This document shows positions 37,767 through 47,612 of a DNA stretch of 64,000 bases, piece by piece. The notes under the pieces are model-generated. The model searched no databases. It saw nothing but the letters and a program-made list of their open reading frames with translations, and was not told the DNA's origin. The stretch spans positions 192,001-256,000 of the forward strand of contig OZ252287.1 in assembly GCA_965250085.1 (NCBI GenBank), read 5' to 3'. Source of the DNA: Candidatus Altimarinota bacterium. Its GTDB lineage: Bacteria; Patescibacteriota; Gracilibacteria; CAIRYL01. Each line of letters begins with the position of its first letter. Position 1 is the stretch's first letter. Made by a program: the position numbers and the translations under genes.

Positions 37767-38075
37767 TTAAAATATATTCAATATTCGCTTTACATCACCC
37801 TCTATCTGTTTTGTTATTTCATCGTCAAAAGATCCATTTTCTGATGATGAAAAAGTGAGAAGTGGTCTTTTGGACTTCCCAAACCCCTCTCTGTTTGGGA
37901 CAAGCTTCAACTTAAATTTTACATCTCCTTCCAAAGAATCCACAATTCCTTTTAATGCCTCTTCATTTTCTTGCACGGTATCAATCAATCTTTCATCAAG
38001 ATAGAGCGTATGTGTATACTCTGTGTTCTCGCCTGTATTATCTGAGGAGGTAACTGAAATTATCTCGGGCTTCAT
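37767..38075 (-). CDS. Hypothetical protein (orphan)
   Basis: 102 aa ORF with ATG start and AT-rich upstream region. Confidence 0.6.
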   Translation of the reverse strand: MKPEIISVTSSDNTGENTEYTHTLYLDERLIDTVQENEEALKGIVDSLEGDVKFKLKLVPNREGFGKSKRPLLTFSSSENGSFDDEITKQIEGDVKRILNIF

Positions 38076-38172
38076 AACGCTTTTTGTAATATTAAAACTT
38101 TATTATATTATTAAATAAAAACTCATTATTTACAAGAGCTCTTGAGGGAAAAACTTAAAAAATGTAACAAAA

Positions 38173-38661
38173 TTATCCCAAATCAGGAGCTTTACTTCTC
38201 TTTTTTTTAATTTGAATCTTTCGATGCCCTTCTTCTCCAATACTTTCGGTTTCAAGGCCTTCATATGTATTGGCAATGTACAGGTGGATAATGCGACGAA
38301 GAAACGGATTCATTGGTGGGAGAACCTGCGACATTCCTGTAGACTGTACCGCCTCACATTTTTCACTCGCAGCAGTAATCATGCGATCTTCTTGTCTCTT
38401 GCGGTATCCATTGATATCAACACGAACACTACTTTTTTCTCCAAAATCCTGCTTCCAGAGCAAACTCTTGACTACCGATTGCAAGGCACTCAGTGATTGT
38501 CCAAAGGTGCCAATCATCAAGGGAGCATCTTCTTCTTCTACTTCTACTTCTGCTCGAATAATCCCATATTGATCCTCTGCAACATGAATTTTTGTAAACG
38601 TTAATTCCATAACTCTCAGGAGTGCGCTGACGGTGTCTTTGACGACAACAGTTTTTTCCAT
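38173..38661 (-). CDS. Jag/KhpB-like KH + R3H RNA-binding protein (no Jag_N domain)
   Basis: IGTFGQSLSALQ, VDINGYR, PMNPFLRRIIH, ESIGE..R. Confidence 0.88.
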   Translation of the reverse strand: MEKTVVVKDTVSALLRVMELTFTKIHVAEDQYGIIRAEVEVEEEDAPLMIGTFGQSLSALQSVVKSLLWKQDFGEKSSVRVDINGYRKRQEDRMITAASEKCEAVQSTGMSQVLPPMNPFLRRIIHLYIANTYEGLETESIGEEGHRKIQIKKKRSKAPDLG

Positions 38662-38806
38662 ACAGAAAAAATAAGATTATTAAAAAAAAGAGGAAAGAAG
38701 AGGTGAAAATAAAGTTAAGATCTCGTTTTTTACTTTAATTTATGACAAAATATGATTCCAGTGCGGACGGCATTGTACCAAGTTTTTGTAAAATTTAAAG
38801 GAAAAA

Positions 38807-40126
38807 ATGTCCTTTTGTGACAAGACCAACATCACCGTGCTCTCTGGAAGCGGAGGAGACGGATGCGCTTCATTTCGCCGAGAAAAGTATGTCGCCAAAG
38901 GAGGGCCTCATGGTGGAAATGGAGGAAAAGGAGGTGATGTGATCATTATGGTAAATCCACACTTAAATTCTCTCATTGACCTGCATACCAAAAAATATTT
39001 TAAAGCCAATCCGGGAAAAATGGGATCGTCATATTTGAAAAATGGAGAATCTGCTGAAGATTTTATCATTGAAGTACCGGTAGGAACTCTCCTAAGTGAT
39101 CCGGACACAGAGGAAGTAATAGCTGATTTGAATACAGACAACATGTCTGTCATCGTGGCACATGGAGGACGAGGTGGCTACGGAAATGCGCATTTTACAT
39201 CATCAACCAGACAGGCTCCCCGATTTGCAGAGCTTGGAGAGCCGGGAGAAGAAATATCTCTTACCTTGGAACTCCAGCTCGTTGCTGATATTGGAATTAT
39301 TGGCCTTCCAAGCGTGGGGAAATCTACTCTTATTTCAAGAATTTCGGCAGCGAAACCAAAAATTGCGGAATATCATTTTACAACTCTTGTTCCGAATCTA
39401 GGAGTCGTACGGCTTTCCTCTGGGAGATCTCTTGTCGTGTGCGATATCCCAGGACTTATCAAAGGAGCTCATGAGGGAAAAGGATTGGGCGATCAGTTTT
39501 TACGACATATATCACGAAGTCGAGTACTCGTGCATCTTGTGGACGTCTCACAAAAAGATCTTGCTCAGGACTACGCAACTATTCGCACGGAACTCAAAAA
39601 ATATTCAAAAGAGTTGTTTCAAAAAAAAGAAATTGTAGCATTTAATAAAATTGATACTTTGCAAAATGACAAAGATCTTCTCAAAATGATCACGAAGGAG
39701 TTTTGTCAAAAAACTCGCATTGCTCAAAAAAATATATTTTCCATCTCAGCAATCACAGGAGTTGGTATTCCTGAACTTTTGGAAGAGATGTGGAAAGGAA
39801 GTGCATTAGAAAAAAAATCACTCCAAAAACCACAACCGTCACTCAAAAAACAAGTAGTATTAAAACCGCACCTAAAAGACGCAGAATCAGCAAAAAAATG
39901 GCATATCGAGCCGGAAAAAAATGGATTTCGTATATACGGAACTCGTATAGAGCAAATTGCGGTCATGACGAATTATGAAAACCCAGAAGCGGTGATGAGA
40001 CTGAGAGATGTGTTTAAAAAACTCGGAATTGAAAAAGCGCTCCTCAGACTCGGTGCTCAGATGGGAGCAAAACTTTTTTTGAAAGATAAGGAACTTGAAT
40101 TTGTGCCCAGTGTGCTCAAGAAATAA
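38807..40126 (+). CDS. obgE: GTPase ObgE
   Basis: FRREKYV..GGP.GGNGG, GLPSVGKST, YHFTTL.PNLG, DIPG, NKID. Confidence 0.97.
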   Translation: MSFCDKTNITVLSGSGGDGCASFRREKYVAKGGPHGGNGGKGGDVIIMVNPHLNSLIDLHTKKYFKANPGKMGSSYLKNGESAEDFIIEVPVGTLLSDPDTEEVIADLNTDNMSVIVAHGGRGGYGNAHFTSSTRQAPRFAELGEPGEEISLTLELQLVADIGIIGLPSVGKSTLISRISAAKPKIAEYHFTTLVPNLGVVRLSSGRSLVVCDIPGLIKGAHEGKGLGDQFLRHISRSRVLVHLVDVSQKDLAQDYATIRTELKKYSKELFQKKEIVAFNKIDTLQNDKDLLKMITKEFCQKTRIAQKNIFSISAITGVGIPELLEEMWKGSALEKKSLQKPQPSLKKQVVLKPHLKDAESAKKWHIEPEKNGFRIYGTRIEQIAVMTNYENPEAVMRLRDVFKKLGIEKALLRLGAQMGAKLFLKDKELEFVPSVLKK

Positions 40127-40153
40127 TCAAATTATGATACACTTTCCCTGCAT

Positions 40154-40711
40154 ATGAAACTTCTTGTTTTCCTCGGAAACATCGGCAAAAAGTATGAAAA
40201 AACACGGCACAATGCCGGATTTTTGTGCGGAGATTCTCTTCAAAAAAAATGGGATTTTGAAGAGTGGAAAGAATCCTCCAGGTTTTTTGGAGAAACAACT
40301 CAAGGAATATATTTGAAAGAAAAATTATTGTTTCTAAAACCCTCTACACTCATGAATCGATCAGGAAAATCCGTGCGATCTGTGGTTGATTTTTATAAAA
40401 TACCACTTCAAGACATTGTGCTTATCTATGACGACAAGGATATTGAATTTGGAAAAGTAAAATATCGAAAAAGCGGCTCTTCTGGGGGGCACAAAGGAGT
40501 GAAAGATATTCTAAGAGTTTTGGGAACAGAGGATATTCAAAGAATCAAAATTGGGGTAGATAGTGAAAAAAGGGAGCAATACAACGAAACTTCAGATTTT
40601 GTGCTCGCAAAATTTTTACCAGAAGAGCGAGATGCCCTGCCAGAAATTTTTGAAAAAGCGTTAGAAAAAATAGAAGAAATAATACAAGAATCGAGTGATG
40701 CATCATCCTGA
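40154..40711 (+). CDS. pth: Peptidyl-tRNA hydrolase
   Basis: LGNIG..YEKTRHNAGF, KPSTLMNRSG, GSSGGHKG. Confidence 0.95.
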   Translation: MKLLVFLGNIGKKYEKTRHNAGFLCGDSLQKKWDFEEWKESSRFFGETTQGIYLKEKLLFLKPSTLMNRSGKSVRSVVDFYKIPLQDIVLIYDDKDIEFGKVKYRKSGSSGGHKGVKDILRVLGTEDIQRIKIGVDSEKREQYNETSDFVLAKFLPEERDALPEIFEKALEKIEEIIQESSDASS

Positions 40712-41761
40712 TTCTCGTATTCCCTTTTGGTACTTCTCAAAAATCACTTCCACCTCCTGAGAGTTTGTCACTTGCATGAGCTGAGTTCTGAGATCTTTGG
40801 CTCCATAAAATCCTTTTGCATACCATCCTAAATGCTTTCGCATATTCCAAAAATTTCTATCTCCTAATAATCTCTCAAATGCTTGGCTGTGAACTATAGC
40901 TGCTTCAATGCGTTCCGCTTGATTTGGAATATGACCTGAAAAGAACCATGGATTCCCATACGTTGCTCTTCCCACCAGGACTCCATCCACTCCGTACATC
41001 TGTATTTTATCTTTTGCGTCTTTGAGTGAAGTCACATCACCATTTCCCAAAAATGTGATCCCGCTCTGCTGACACACCTTCGCCGCTTTTTCCAGCACTT
41101 CCCAATGAGCCTCTCCGGAATACATTTGCTTCAGTGTCCTCCCATGTACCGTAATATTTGCAGGACGCTCTTCCAGTAAATGCGCGACCCACTCCTCTGC
41201 TACAATTTCATCATAGCCGATTCGTGTTTTGACGGATACGGGCAAGAGCTTTCGGAGTGGCTCCTGAGGGTTCATTTTGGTGATAGCAGTAATCATTCGT
41301 GGACGAACTTTTGCTTCTTCTAGGGTAATACCATTGGACCAATCAAGAGCTGCTTTTTTACAAATACGAATGAGTTTTTTCGCTTTTTCTGGTGTACGAA
41401 TAAGACCTGCTCCAGAGCCTCTCCTCGCTACCTTATTCGCCGGACATCCCATATTGATATCAATACCATCAAACCCGAGTCGGCAGAGCATAAGGACTGA
41501 TACATAGAAAGATTCCTCTTCTACTCCATAGATTTGACCCACAATGGGTCTTTCTTCTGCACTATATCCAAATGCGTTCAACATTTTTGCCGCGCCACGA
41601 GCCAGCCCTTCTACATTTGTAAATTCAGTAATAATCACACCTGGCTTACTGGTCACTGCCGTGATATATCGAAAGGCAGCATCTGTCACGCCATCCATAG
41701 GAGATAAGCCAATAATAGGGCGCTTTATGGTGTCCCAGAATCCTCGATCTGTCATGCACAC
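40703..41761 (-). CDS. tRNA-dihydrouridine synthase
   Basis: SPMDGVTD, IDINMGCP, VSVKTRIG, HGRT, GNGDV, GNPWFF. Confidence 0.93.
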   Translation of the reverse strand: MCMTDRGFWDTIKRPIIGLSPMDGVTDAAFRYITAVTSKPGVIITEFTNVEGLARGAAKMLNAFGYSAEERPIVGQIYGVEEESFYVSVLMLCRLGFDGIDINMGCPANKVARRGSGAGLIRTPEKAKKLIRICKKAALDWSNGITLEEAKVRPRMITAITKMNPQEPLRKLLPVSVKTRIGYDEIVAEEWVAHLLEERPANITVHGRTLKQMYSGEAHWEVLEKAAKVCQQSGITFLGNGDVTSLKDAKDKIQMYGVDGVLVGRATYGNPWFFSGHIPNQAERIEAAIVHSQAFERLLGDRNFWNMRKHLGWYAKGFYGAKDLRTQLMQVTNSQEVEVIFEKYQKGIRESG

Positions 41762-41890
41762 ATCTTATATTATTTCATGAAAAAACATGAATCATAAAAG
41801 AGAAAGAATTCTTTTTCTCTTCCTGCCCTTGGTTCTTTTCTCACAACTGGCTCTTGATTTCTTGATCTCGCCTATCTCTTTCTTTTTATA

Positions 41891-42379
41891 TTAATCATCC
41901 TGAGCTTTGTGGAGTAAAGCAATATTGTACGCCGCCAATAAAAGAACTAACAAAAGAGGAATCCAAAAATAACTATCCCTTATTGGGGCAAAGGAGTTTG
42001 ATACTTTTTTTACCTTTCTGGCCGTAACTGATGCCAGCAGAGAATCACGAGTCACCACATCTCCGTTTTCTTCAAAGAGAGAAAATTCATCCGGATCTCC
42101 ATCCAAATTCTTATCAATAGCCTCCATTTCCAGTTCCAAATTTTCATCATATCGTCTCCATTTTTCATATATTTTATCTTCATTCGTGTCATGAATGGTC
42201 AAAATGAGCTTGCCATCCCTATAATAGGCTCTCTGATCGTTCGCACCGTCTTCATTGGTATCGGTCTCTATCATAACGTCATAATCCACTTCAATATCTT
42301 TGGCGACCTCAATCAACTTCGCCGAAGCAAACGCTGGAAAAAGAAAAAATACCAGAGCGGACAGAAACACTTTTTTCAT
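41891..42379 (-). CDS. Hypothetical exported protein with DxNxDG-type loops and a C-terminal membrane anchor
   Basis: Signal peptide; DTNEDGAND, DTNEDKIYE, DKNLDGDPD; C-terminal transmembrane helix. Confidence 0.8.
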   Translation of the reverse strand: MKKVFLSALVFFLFPAFASAKLIEVAKDIEVDYDVMIETDTNEDGANDQRAYYRDGKLILTIHDTNEDKIYEKWRRYDENLELEMEAIDKNLDGDPDEFSLFEENGDVVTRDSLLASVTARKVKKVSNSFAPIRDSYFWIPLLLVLLLAAYNIALLHKAQDD

Positions 42380-42451
42380 AGGGAAAGGGGGAAATGCGAA
42401 TGGATTATAAACTGCATTTTTTTATATTGCAATATTGTGTTAAAAAACAAA

Positions 42452-42490
42452 TACCCTCTCCCTTTTGAAGGGGGAGTTGGAGGGGGTTTT
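42452..42490. repeat. Small palindromic element (family B), intergenic
   Basis: CTCTCCCTTTTGAAGGGGGAGTTGGAGGGGGTTTT. Confidence 0.65.
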
Positions 42491-42514
42491 AAATCTTGGT
42501 ACAATAGAGCACAA

Positions 42515-42775
42515 GTGAAAAAACGAAAAACTCTTCTGGTCACTTGTGCGTGTGGGCAAAAGCTCGCCAAATACGCAAAAGGCGGCAAGGGACGTCTTGT
42601 GAAAATGTTTTTGGAGCGAATTAAAGAAGATCAGCAGCAGCTTTTTCTCACTTCGCCTCCTCAAAAACTCCATGAAAATATTGTGTGTCCTTCATGTCAC
42701 AAACGGGTCGCTACTATTCAAATTATAAATGGGAGATATGCTGCAAAGCTTAATCAAGGGGCCATTAGTTCTTAG
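42515..42775 (+). CDS. Small zinc-ribbon protein
   Basis: CAC...KYAKGGKGRL...CPSC; GTG start after an extended -10 TGGTACAAT. Confidence 0.7.
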   Translation: MKKRKTLLVTCACGQKLAKYAKGGKGRLVKMFLERIKEDQQQLFLTSPPQKLHENIVCPSCHKRVATIQIINGRYAAKLNQGAISS

Positions 42776-42785
42776 AAATAATAAG

Positions 42786-42820
42786 AAAAAAGCCTTCTGG
42801 GAAGTCCCGGAAGGCTTTTT
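42786..42820. terminator. Bidirectional Rho-independent terminator
   Basis: AAAAAAGCCTTCTGGGA-AG-TCCCGGAAGGCTTTTT between convergent genes. Confidence 0.85.
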
Positions 42821-42843
42821 AAGAAACAAAGGAAACGAAAAGT

Positions 42844-43041
42844 TTATGCCTTTGCAACCTTTGCGGCTTTCATACCGCCTCGATCTGAAGGAGCTTCTTC
42901 AAAAGTGACGGCGTCACCTTCGCTGAGCTCATTAAACATGATTCCTTCCAAGTCAGAGACGTGGAAGAAGAGATCCTTGCTCCCATCTTCAGGAGTAATG
43001 AATCCGAATCCGTTTTTCAGAACCTTAATGGTTCCATTCAT
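42844..43041 (-). CDS. Cold-shock domain protein
   Basis: GFGFITPEDGSKDLFFHVS (RNP1/RNP2). Confidence 0.95.
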   Translation of the reverse strand: MNGTIKVLKNGFGFITPEDGSKDLFFHVSDLEGIMFNELSEGDAVTFEEAPSDRGGMKAAKVAKA

Positions 43042-43273
43042 ATGGAAAAAAATAAAAAAATAGAAATCTGCAATAAGTTTCGACTGTGCAGAAATAAAAT
43101 ATTCTTGTATTTTCTCCAGCAAGTAAACCTTTGCGGCGGGGATGATAGCAGAAACAAAGAGAAAGGCAATACTTTTTTCACTTTTTCTTTAAGAAACCAA
43201 GTAAGAGGCTTTTTGACAAAAAAGAGGTATATCTTTACCATGCTCCGTGATTTTATCACTTATCTCCTTTTTT

Positions 43274-43696
43274 ATGACATTTGCAAAGCTCAGACGAAGT
43301 AAAAACTTTCGTCTCATTCTTATCTTGGCACTCCTCATTATTGTGGGAATCCTTTGGTTTACTTGGGAAAAATTTCGCCTCATACTCGCCGGATTGTTCC
43401 TCACTCTTCTGATCGCATTGGGGATGGAAGTCTCTGGAAATGACTGGGATATTGGCAAGCTCATTGAAACCGGATCACTCGATGAATCCAAGGTCCAACA
43501 AACCGAAAATGGCACATGGCTTATTGGAGATGAGTGTGATGAAAACAATTTGAACTGTGGCAATTTTAAGTACCAGGAAGAAGCACAGACACTCTTTGAA
43601 GGCTGTGGAGGCATGGAAAATGATGTGCATAGACTCGATGGAGATGGTAACGGAGTTGTATGTGAGGCACTCCCCTCTCGTGCGAACGCCAGCTAG
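43274..43696 (+). CDS. Membrane protein with Excalibur Ca-binding domain
   Basis: Two transmembrane helices; LNCGNF...EAQ...HRLDGDGNGVVCE. Confidence 0.85.
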   Translation: MTFAKLRRSKNFRLILILALLIIVGILWFTWEKFRLILAGLFLTLLIALGMEVSGNDWDIGKLIETGSLDESKVQQTENGTWLIGDECDENNLNCGNFKYQEEAQTLFEGCGGMENDVHRLDGDGNGVVCEALPSRANAS

Positions 43697-43722
43697 ATAT
43701 TTCCTCTTTATAAAGAAATTTT

Positions 43723-43755
43723 AAAAAGCAGGTGATGAAAAATCCCCTGCTTTTT
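43723..43755. terminator. Rho-independent terminator-like hairpin
   Basis: AAAAAGCAGG...CCTGCTTTTT. Confidence 0.6.
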
Positions 43756-43763
43756 GGTGTGCT

Positions 43764-44024
43764 ATGAAGGCTCTGGCGGTGTTTGGCTTCGCGGAAATGC
43801 TGAAGAATGAAGGAGCGAGGAAGATGAAGAGTATTTTTAAGAAGCGGTTTACGGGCAAGACTTTTTCTCGGCAGTTTGAAAAGATCGAGAGTTTTGATCT
43901 TCCGATTTCAGTTGAGTTTGAGCCGTTTGTGAAAATTGAGAAGGATTTGAAAGAGATAAAACCGCTTCGATTAGAGAATTTTAAGGATTTTTTAATTTCT
44001 GATGTCGTTAAAAATGGAGTATGA
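43764..44024 (+). CDS. Small hypothetical protein or gene remnant upstream of the RM gene
   Basis: 86 aa ORF with an ATGA overlap onto the next ORF. Confidence 0.4.
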   Translation: MKALAVFGFAEMLKNEGARKMKSIFKKRFTGKTFSRQFEKIESFDLPISVEFEPFVKIEKDLKEIKPLRLENFKDFLISDVVKNGV

Positions 44025-47000
44025 TTTTGACAACTTTTAAAGTTACAATGAAAAAATGTTTTGAAAAATTTGTTCAAGAATTAAGAAAACTTTCCGATGG
44101 TGATCGGGAAGAAAGTTTCTATCCTGCTCTCAAGAGTTTTCTTGAAGAATTTGCCAGCAGTCTTCCTGCAACAAAAAATTTTGCAGTTGAGGCAATTCAA
44201 AATCCATCAAAAAGAAGGTTATTCGAAGCTGGAATTGATGGAGATGTCGGGTTTCCTGATTTTCAAGTCGAAAAAAAGGGAGAAATTACAATTGGACAAA
44301 TAGAGGTAAAGAAACCAAACAAACACTTGGACGATAAAGAGTTTCAGGAGCAATTTAATCGCTATAAAACTGAACTTGATAACATTATTTTTACAAATTT
44401 TAAAAAATGGGAATTGTGGCAGAATATTGATGGCAAGATGCGAAATATCGCTAATGCTGACTTTGATTTTTATGAAAAGTCCTTTGATACTGACGCATTA
44501 CAAGATTTGTTAGAAAAATTCTTTCTTGAAGAAATCCGCTATGCCAAAAACACAAAAGAACTCTCTGTTTTGCTAGCACGAAAAACAAAGACATTGCGAA
44601 AAACTGTACAAGTTTCATTGAAAAATGATAATGCTCCTTCCGAACTGATAGAAACCTTTCAGACTGTAAAAACAAATCTTGTGAGGAAGATTTCAATTGA
44701 AGATTTTGCTGATGTATATGCCCAAACTATTGCATACGCTCTCTTTTTTGCAAAAATTGAAAGTGAAAAAGAAAACAAAGGAAAGATTACTCGCTTTAAT
44801 GCACTTGAATTCTTGCCAACGGAAAGTGTTCCCCTCTTATCAAAACTCTATTCAATTATTGCGATCAATCAAAAAAAGGAAAGTGAAATTGAGATTGTGA
44901 CACAAATATTAGTGGAACAACTGAATCAGGCAAATTTTGAAATGATAAATGCTCAGCTCGAAAAGGAAAAAGGAGATCCTGTGATTTATTTTTATGAACC
45001 GTTTTTGAATGAATATGATAAGGAAACAAAAAAGGATCGCGGAGTTTTTTATACACCAAAAGAAATTACTGATTTTATTATCCGAGGTACAGATGAGATT
45101 TTACGAAAACACTTTGACTGTGAGGAATTGGGGATTGCTGATTCAAAAGTAAAACTCCTTGATCCCGCCACAGGATCAGCAACATTTCTGGTAAGTGCTA
45201 TTGAAAAAGCACATGATAATGTTTTTAAAAAGTTCGGAAAGAATCAAGAAAGTTTGGCGAAGGAAAGTTTTTTAAAAAATCTGGAAAATCATATTCTCGA
45301 AAATTTCTTTGGTTTTGAGTTGATGATGGCTCCATATGCCGTTGCTCACCTAAAATTACATCTTCTGCTCAAAAGGCTTGGTATCAAAAACGAAGCGAAA
45401 AAGCATTTTCAGGTACTCCTTGCAAATACTCTGGAAAAACCGAGCATGCCGCAACAGCAGATCGACGCCTTTGAGGATGAAATTACCAAAGAGTCCAGAA
45501 GAGCAAAGGAAGTAAAATCAAAAGAAGAAATTATTGCAATTATTGGCAATCCTCCATATAAAGGTGAATCTGAGAATAAGGGGGAAGGGTTTGAATGGAT
45601 TGCGGATCAATTAAAAGTCTATAAGGATTTTTCAAAGACGGATGGGGAAAATATTCACAGAGAACAAAATCCGAAGCTATTGAATGACGATTATGTGAAG
45701 TTTTTTCGATTTTCGCAGTGGAAAATTGCAAAAGAAAAACAAGGAATGGTGGCGATGATTACTAATCACGGATATTTAGATAATTCAACTTTTAGAGCAA
45801 TGAGAAAAAGTTTGATGGATGATTTTGACGAAATTTATATTTTAGATTTACATGGGAATTTATTAAAGAAAGAAAAAACACCTGATGGAGGGAAAGATGA
45901 AAGTGTTTTTACAATTCGCCTAGGAGCAGCAATTTGTTTTTTAATCAAGAAAAGAAATAAGAACACCCAACAAAAGAAAGTTTTTCATGCTGATATGTAT
46001 GGACTAAGAAAAGAAAAATTAGAAAAATTGAAAAAATTAGATTTTGAAAAAATAGAGTGGAAAGAAATATTTCCCAAGCCTCCAGAGTTTTTCCTTTTAC
46101 CAAAAAAAGAAAAAACAAAGGAGTGGAAGGGTGCCATAACCTTATTAGATATTTTCCCTCTTAATTTAAATGGTATAAAAACTTCTCGTGATAGCTTTGT
46201 AATTGATTTTGAAACTGAAACCCTATCAGAAAAAATTCAGATATTTTATGATGAAACGCTTAGTAGTTCCGAAATTGCTAGAAAATTTAATATAAAAACT
46301 GAATTTATCACTAAAGTTAAGAAAAAAAATAATAAGTTCTCCCAAAAAAAGTTACAAACCATTCATTATCGTCCATTTGATTTACGAGTAATATATTTTG
46401 ATAAAGACTTAATTGATAGACCGCGTACAAAGGTAATGCAACATCTTGTGGAAAGAAATAATATTGGTCTTTCTTTTGGTCGTGCTGGTGCCGTTGTTGG
46501 AGGAAAAGAATGGAATTTAGTCTTTTGTTCAAAGAAAATCGTTGATTTGAATCTTTTTTATCGAGGAGGAAACAACTTTGCCCCGCTCTTTCTTTATCTT
46601 GAAAAAAACAAAATTCCCAATTTTTCCAAGTCATTCATTTCTCAGCTTGAAAACATACTTCAAATTTCCTTCTCTGACCCAAACCTCCAAGACTGGATAC
46701 TCCACGAAAACGAACGCTTACCAGAAAATTCTAAAATTCAAATTGGAAAGCTAAAATCAAACAAATCATTTACAGCAGAAGATATTTTTGACTATATCTA
46801 TGCCCAGCTCCACGCTCCCAAATACCGCCAACATTTCGCCGAAGAACTCAAATCAGACTTTCCACGAGTAGTTCTGCCAAAAAACAGCACACAATTTTTT
46901 CAAATGACAGAACTCGGAAAAGAACTGAGGCTTTTTCATACACTTGAACATCCGAATCTCTCCACACCCTCCAATTGGAATTTTGGCACTCAGGAAATCA

Positions 47001-47278
47001 AAGGAGAAACAATTGAAGCAGTAGAATACGATGAAACAACTAAAGAAATCAAAGTCAACGATCAAACTGCTTTTACCAATATTTCCAAAGAAATATGGAA
47101 TTTTCAAATCGGCGGCTATCAAGTTTTAAAAAAATATCTCAAAGAACGCACCGGAACAAAAAAGAAAAAAGGAATGTCTCTTGAAAAATTTGATACACTG
47201 CACTTTCTTAAAATTTGTGCCGTTCTTTCTGAAACTTTACGATTACAAAAAGAAATTGATATAATTTTTAAATTCTAA
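44021..47278 (+). CDS. Single-chain restriction-modification enzyme (PD-(D/E)xK nuclease + N6-adenine MTase + type ISP-like specificity domain)
   Basis: FPDF...IEVK nuclease motif, GVFYTP, LDPATGSATF, GNPPY, YRPFD, FQIGGYQVLKKYLK; no helicase motifs seen. Confidence 0.88.
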   Translation: MILTTFKVTMKKCFEKFVQELRKLSDGDREESFYPALKSFLEEFASSLPATKNFAVEAIQNPSKRRLFEAGIDGDVGFPDFQVEKKGEITIGQIEVKKPNKHLDDKEFQEQFNRYKTELDNIIFTNFKKWELWQNIDGKMRNIANADFDFYEKSFDTDALQDLLEKFFLEEIRYAKNTKELSVLLARKTKTLRKTVQVSLKNDNAPSELIETFQTVKTNLVRKISIEDFADVYAQTIAYALFFAKIESEKENKGKITRFNALEFLPTESVPLLSKLYSIIAINQKKESEIEIVTQILVEQLNQANFEMINAQLEKEKGDPVIYFYEPFLNEYDKETKKDRGVFYTPKEITDFIIRGTDEILRKHFDCEELGIADSKVKLLDPATGSATFLVSAIEKAHDNVFKKFGKNQESLAKESFLKNLENHILENFFGFELMMAPYAVAHLKLHLLLKRLGIKNEAKKHFQVLLANTLEKPSMPQQQIDAFEDEITKESRRAKEVKSKEEIIAIIGNPPYKGESENKGEGFEWIADQLKVYKDFSKTDGENIHREQNPKLLNDDYVKFFRFSQWKIAKEKQGMVAMITNHGYLDNSTFRAMRKSLMDDFDEIYILDLHGNLLKKEKTPDGGKDESVFTIRLGAAICFLIKKRNKNTQQKKVFHADMYGLRKEKLEKLKKLDFEKIEWKEIFPKPPEFFLLPKKEKTKEWKGAITLLDIFPLNLNGIKTSRDSFVIDFETETLSEKIQIFYDETLSSSEIARKFNIKTEFITKVKKKNNKFSQKKLQTIHYRPFDLRVIYFDKDLIDRPRTKVMQHLVERNNIGLSFGRAGAVVGGKEWNLVFCSKKIVDLNLFYRGGNNFAPLFLYLEKNKIPNFSKSFISQLENILQISFSDPNLQDWILHENERLPENSKIQIGKLKSNKSFTAEDIFDYIYAQLHAPKYRQHFAEELKSDFPRVVLPKNSTQFFQMTELGKELRLFHTLEHPNLSTPSNWNFGTQEIKGETIEAVEYDETTKEIKVNDQTAFTNISKEIWNFQIGGYQVLKKYLKERTGTKKKKGMSLEKFDTLHFLKICAVLSETLRLQKEIDIIFKF

Positions 47279-47280
47279 AA

Positions 47281-47530
47281 ATGCCAAAATTCAACCCCAA
47301 AAACCCATTTAACGACTTGCCCTTACTCCCTCCAAACTTCAACTTCAACGAAGTCGACATCCTCAAAACCTGCAATACCGCCAATATTGCCCTTGCCGAA
47401 CTCAAAGGACAAAACCTCGTCATCCCTCTGATTCCTCAATACTCATGCATCCCCTGCTCATCAGTAAGTCAGTAGAAAGCTCTGAAATAGAAAATATCCA
47501 TACGATCATAAAAAGAGTGTTCCAACTGGC
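47281..47530 (+). pseudogene. Fic/DOC-family N-terminal remnant (frameshifted and truncated)
   Basis: PFNDLPLLPP...ANIALAELKG...IP continues in another frame as DSSILMHPLLISKSVESSEIENIHT; the catalytic HPFxDGNGR motif is absent. Confidence 0.8.
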
Positions 47531-47612
47531 GCGCGTTTTCAACGCGTGCCTTCTTCCCCCCTTCCCAAACCCCAAAAAATAAGTACAATATCCCGGTCAT
47601 TTTTGAAACCGT

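Noticed and set aside
42191-42514. N-terminal extension of the 194 aa ORF
   Set aside because: It overlaps the opposite-strand gene and runs through a palindromic repeat. The likely start is GTG 42515, after an extended -10 box.
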